A stretch of 58,189 nt of DNA from an uncultured Pseudomonadota bacterium (GTDB lineage Bacteria > Pseudomonadota > Gammaproteobacteria > Methylococcales > Methylomonadaceae). How positions within the stretch are numbered: position 1 is the first letter of the stretch; each line of letters starts with the position of its first letter. The translations under genes and the position numbers were made by a program. The notes under the pieces are model-generated. The model ran no database searches. It was not told the origin of the DNA and saw only the letters and a program-made list of their open reading frames with translations. Where the stretch lies: contig CAINHP010000018.1 in assembly GCA_903848905.1 (NCBI GenBank), positions 1 to 58,189 of the forward strand, in the 5' to 3' direction. This document shows positions 55,791 through 58,189 of the stretch, piece after piece.

Positions 55791-56786
55791 ATGAGTTCAT
55801 CTTCTCAAAATCCAACAATTGATTTCAACGCCATTAAACAATTAAGCAGCCTCGAAGCAAAAGCGGTTGATCAGCTGATTATTGACGAACTACGCTCCGA
55901 TGTTATTTTAATTAACGAAATTGGTCGATACATTATCAGTAATGGTGGAAAACGCTTGCGTCCCATGTTACTTTTACTTGCAGCTAAAGCACTAGGTGGC
56001 GTATCAGATAATCATCTCATTTTAGCTGCCGTCATCGAGTTTATTCATACCGCAACATTACTGCATGATGATGTCGTTGATGAATCCGAATTACGTCGCG
56101 GAAATCAAACCGCTAATGCCGTTTGGGGAAATGCAGCAAGTGTTTTAGTAGGTGATTATCTCTACTCCAGCGCGTTTGAAATGATGGTACGCACAGACAA
56201 TATGCGCGTCATGGGCATTTTATCTAAAACCACAACAGCCATTGCCGAAGGCGAAGTCCTTCAACTACTCAACTGCAACAACCCCCAAACTACCGAAGCA
56301 AAATACCTAGAAGTCATTGCCCGCAAAACTGCTATTTTATTTAGCGCCGCAACGCAACTGGCAGCGGTTATATCGAATGCGAGTGATGAAATTGAAACTG
56401 CATTAGCCAGCTACGGTCAACATTTAGGCATTGCTTTTCAACTTATTGATGACGCACTGGATTATCAAGCAACCTCTGAAGAACTTGGTAAAAACCTTGG
56501 GGATGATTTAGCTGAAGGCAAACCTACGCTTCCTCTAATTTACGCTATTGAACACGGCACAAGCGAAGAAGCAGACATTATTGTTGATGCCATTAAAAAT
56601 GGCAGAAGAGATGCGTTCAATGCGGTTTATGAAATCATTACACGCACAAAAGCGATCGAATACACAACAGACCGTGCGGATGAAGAAGCTCAAAGAGCCA
56701 TTGATGCACTAAACGTTTTACCCAATTCCGAGTATAAAGAAGCGCTTATTTTATTGGCCAAATTTGCTGTACAACGTAATTATTAA
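55791..56786 (+). CDS. ispB: Octaprenyl-diphosphate synthase (long-chain trans-prenyl diphosphate synthase)
   Basis: 331 aa. First DDxxD region LLHDDVVDE and second DDxxD IDDALD. Confidence 0.9.
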   Translation: MSSSSQNPTIDFNAIKQLSSLEAKAVDQLIIDELRSDVILINEIGRYIISNGGKRLRPMLLLLAAKALGGVSDNHLILAAVIEFIHTATLLHDDVVDESELRRGNQTANAVWGNAASVLVGDYLYSSAFEMMVRTDNMRVMGILSKTTTAIAEGEVLQLLNCNNPQTTEAKYLEVIARKTAILFSAATQLAAVISNASDEIETALASYGQHLGIAFQLIDDALDYQATSEELGKNLGDDLAEGKPTLPLIYAIEHGTSEEADIIVDAIKNGRRDAFNAVYEIITRTKAIEYTTDRADEEAQRAIDALNVLPNSEYKEALILLAKFAVQRNY

Positions 56787-56910
56787 ATTAAAACTCTCTG
56801 GCTTTACAATGTAGTACAAAATAGTTATCACAAATAGTCATGTCATAATTGAATGCAGCATAACGCAATCATGGCAACGTAATTAAAAACTAATTGAAGT
56901 GGAGCGATGT

Positions 56911-58155
56911 ATGTCGTGGAATGAACCTGGTGGCGGTAAAAAAGATCCTTGGAGTGGTCGTGGGGATGACAAAAATGTGCCCGAATTAGATGAGGCAATC
57001 CGTGTTCTGCAGTCAAAATTAGATAAATTATTTGGCGGGTCAGGCAGCAACCACGATGACAATGGGTTTTCAGGAAATTCACTGAAAGGCTTAGGTTTAC
57101 TTGCCATCGGTGCAGGTGTTATCTGGGGATTAAGTGGCTTCTACATTGTTGATGAAGGAAATCACGGCGTGGAAACGCGTTTTGGTAAATATATTGGCAC
57201 CACGCAAGCGGGCCTGAATTGGCATATTCCATCGCCTATTGAATCTGTTACATTAGTAAATGTAAAACAACAGCGTTACATTGAAGTGGGTTACCGAAGT
57301 AATGGTGGCGATCAATCTATAGGCGGCTCTGTTCCTAAAGAAGCCCTCATGCTCACCAAAGATGAAAATTATGTTGATGTCCGTCTTGCTGTTCAATATC
57401 AAGTCAAAGACGCGAAAGCCTTTATTTTTAATGTATCAAACCCAGCGGCTACGCTTAAGCACGTTACCGAAAGTGCACAGCGTGGCGTGATTGGTGGCAG
57501 TACCATGGATTTCGTGTTAACGGAAGGACGTGGTGAAATTGTCGCACAAATCAAAACTGAAATTCAGCAGGTGATGGATAGTTACAATACAGGAATCCAA
57601 GTCACCAGTGTGAATTTACAAGATGCACAACCGCCTGAGCAGGTTCAAAATTCTTTTGCTGATGCGATTAAAGCGCGAGAAGATGAGCAACGTTTAATTA
57701 ACGAAGCGCAAGCCTACGCCAATGATGTTATTCCTAAAGCTCGCGGTGCTGCCGCTCGTAAGATGCAAGAAGCCGAAGGCTATAAAGAGCAAGTACTCGC
57801 TCAAGCGCAAGGCGAAACAAGTCGTTTTTCACAATTGTTAACACAATACAGCAAAGCACCCGATATAACACGCAAACGTTTATATATTGACGCCATGGAA
57901 TCCGTATTAAGCAGTACAAATAACGTGATTGTGGACGTTAAAAACGGCAGCAATGTGATGTACTTGCCGCTTGATAAACTCGCGCAAATGCCACAAAACA
58001 CAAATACGGCACCTATCATTAATGCCCCGCATGTATCATCAGCAAGTGTTGAGCCACCTTCACCTGCCCCAGTGATTCAAAATACACCGATGTCAGTACC
58101 CAGTATTGAACATTCAAATGGGCGTAGTCGCATCAATGATATGAGAGGTCGTTAA
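56911..58155 (+). CDS. hflK: FtsH protease modulator HflK (SPFH/band-7)
   Basis: The ATG at 56911 gives MSWNEPGGGKKDPW, like E. coli MAWNQPG. GGAG lies 6 nt upstream, and the track's GTG at 56899 is less likely. One TM helix and an SPFH domain. Confidence 0.92.
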   Translation: MSWNEPGGGKKDPWSGRGDDKNVPELDEAIRVLQSKLDKLFGGSGSNHDDNGFSGNSLKGLGLLAIGAGVIWGLSGFYIVDEGNHGVETRFGKYIGTTQAGLNWHIPSPIESVTLVNVKQQRYIEVGYRSNGGDQSIGGSVPKEALMLTKDENYVDVRLAVQYQVKDAKAFIFNVSNPAATLKHVTESAQRGVIGGSTMDFVLTEGRGEIVAQIKTEIQQVMDSYNTGIQVTSVNLQDAQPPEQVQNSFADAIKAREDEQRLINEAQAYANDVIPKARGAAARKMQEAEGYKEQVLAQAQGETSRFSQLLTQYSKAPDITRKRLYIDAMESVLSSTNNVIVDVKNGSNVMYLPLDKLAQMPQNTNTAPIINAPHVSSASVEPPSPAPVIQNTPMSVPSIEHSNGRSRINDMRGR

Positions 58156-58156
58156 A

Positions 58157-58189
58157 ATGAATAACAATCAAGTGATAATTGGCATGGCA
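58157..58189 (+). CDS. hflC: First 11 codons of the gene after hflK, presumably hflC
   Basis: ATG 1 nt after the hflK stop, translating MNNNQVIIGMA. The call rests on conserved hflK-hflC pairing only. Confidence 0.5.
   Translation, partial: MNNNQVIIGMA

Overview
This window is about 58 kb of AT-rich (by eye) core chromosome from a Gammaproteobacteria-like organism. It is densely packed with about 50 apparently intact protein genes. I found no rRNA, tRNA, CRISPR array, IS element, integrase or phage gene by eye.

Gene order on the minus strand, from 35.6 kb leftwards: receiver, ParA-like ATPase, transglutaminase-like protein, hrpA, yhdP, C-N hydrolase, lipoprotein, rpe, gph, mnmG, rsmG, parA, small ORF, parB, atpIBEFHAGDC, glmU, glmS, DAHP synthase, thiS-thiG fusion, guaB, hisA, hisF, hisI, a secreted beta-propeller protein, and a partial gene with a Tat signal.

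The plus-strand block from 36 kb carries gyrA, a split YeeE/YedE pair, ftsH, arsC, a DUF2069-like gene and hda. A minus-strand ribulose-monophosphate (RuMP) formaldehyde-assimilation string follows: hps, phi, tkt, two repeat-protein genes, tal. This suggests a methylotroph or methanotroph lifestyle. After it come glnS, a ZIP metal transporter, an orphan iscR, dnaE, ispB, hflK and the first codons of hflC.

The observations most worth follow-up are:
1. Two co-oriented ORFs embedded between tkt and tal. One is a membrane-anchored protein and the other a soluble protein. They share 3 and 9 copies of a short G-V-x-K/R-Y-L motif that I do not recognise.
2. A 74-codon ORF that fills the parA-parB gap and overlaps both genes. 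Its N-terminus copies the ParB N-terminal LGRGLxALL peptide and is followed by a coiled-coil-like tail.
3. An orphan receiver plus ParA-like ATPase pair, with an adjacent transglutaminase-like gene, and no recognisable cargo genes.

All functional calls come from reading the translations and motifs by eye. No database search was run.
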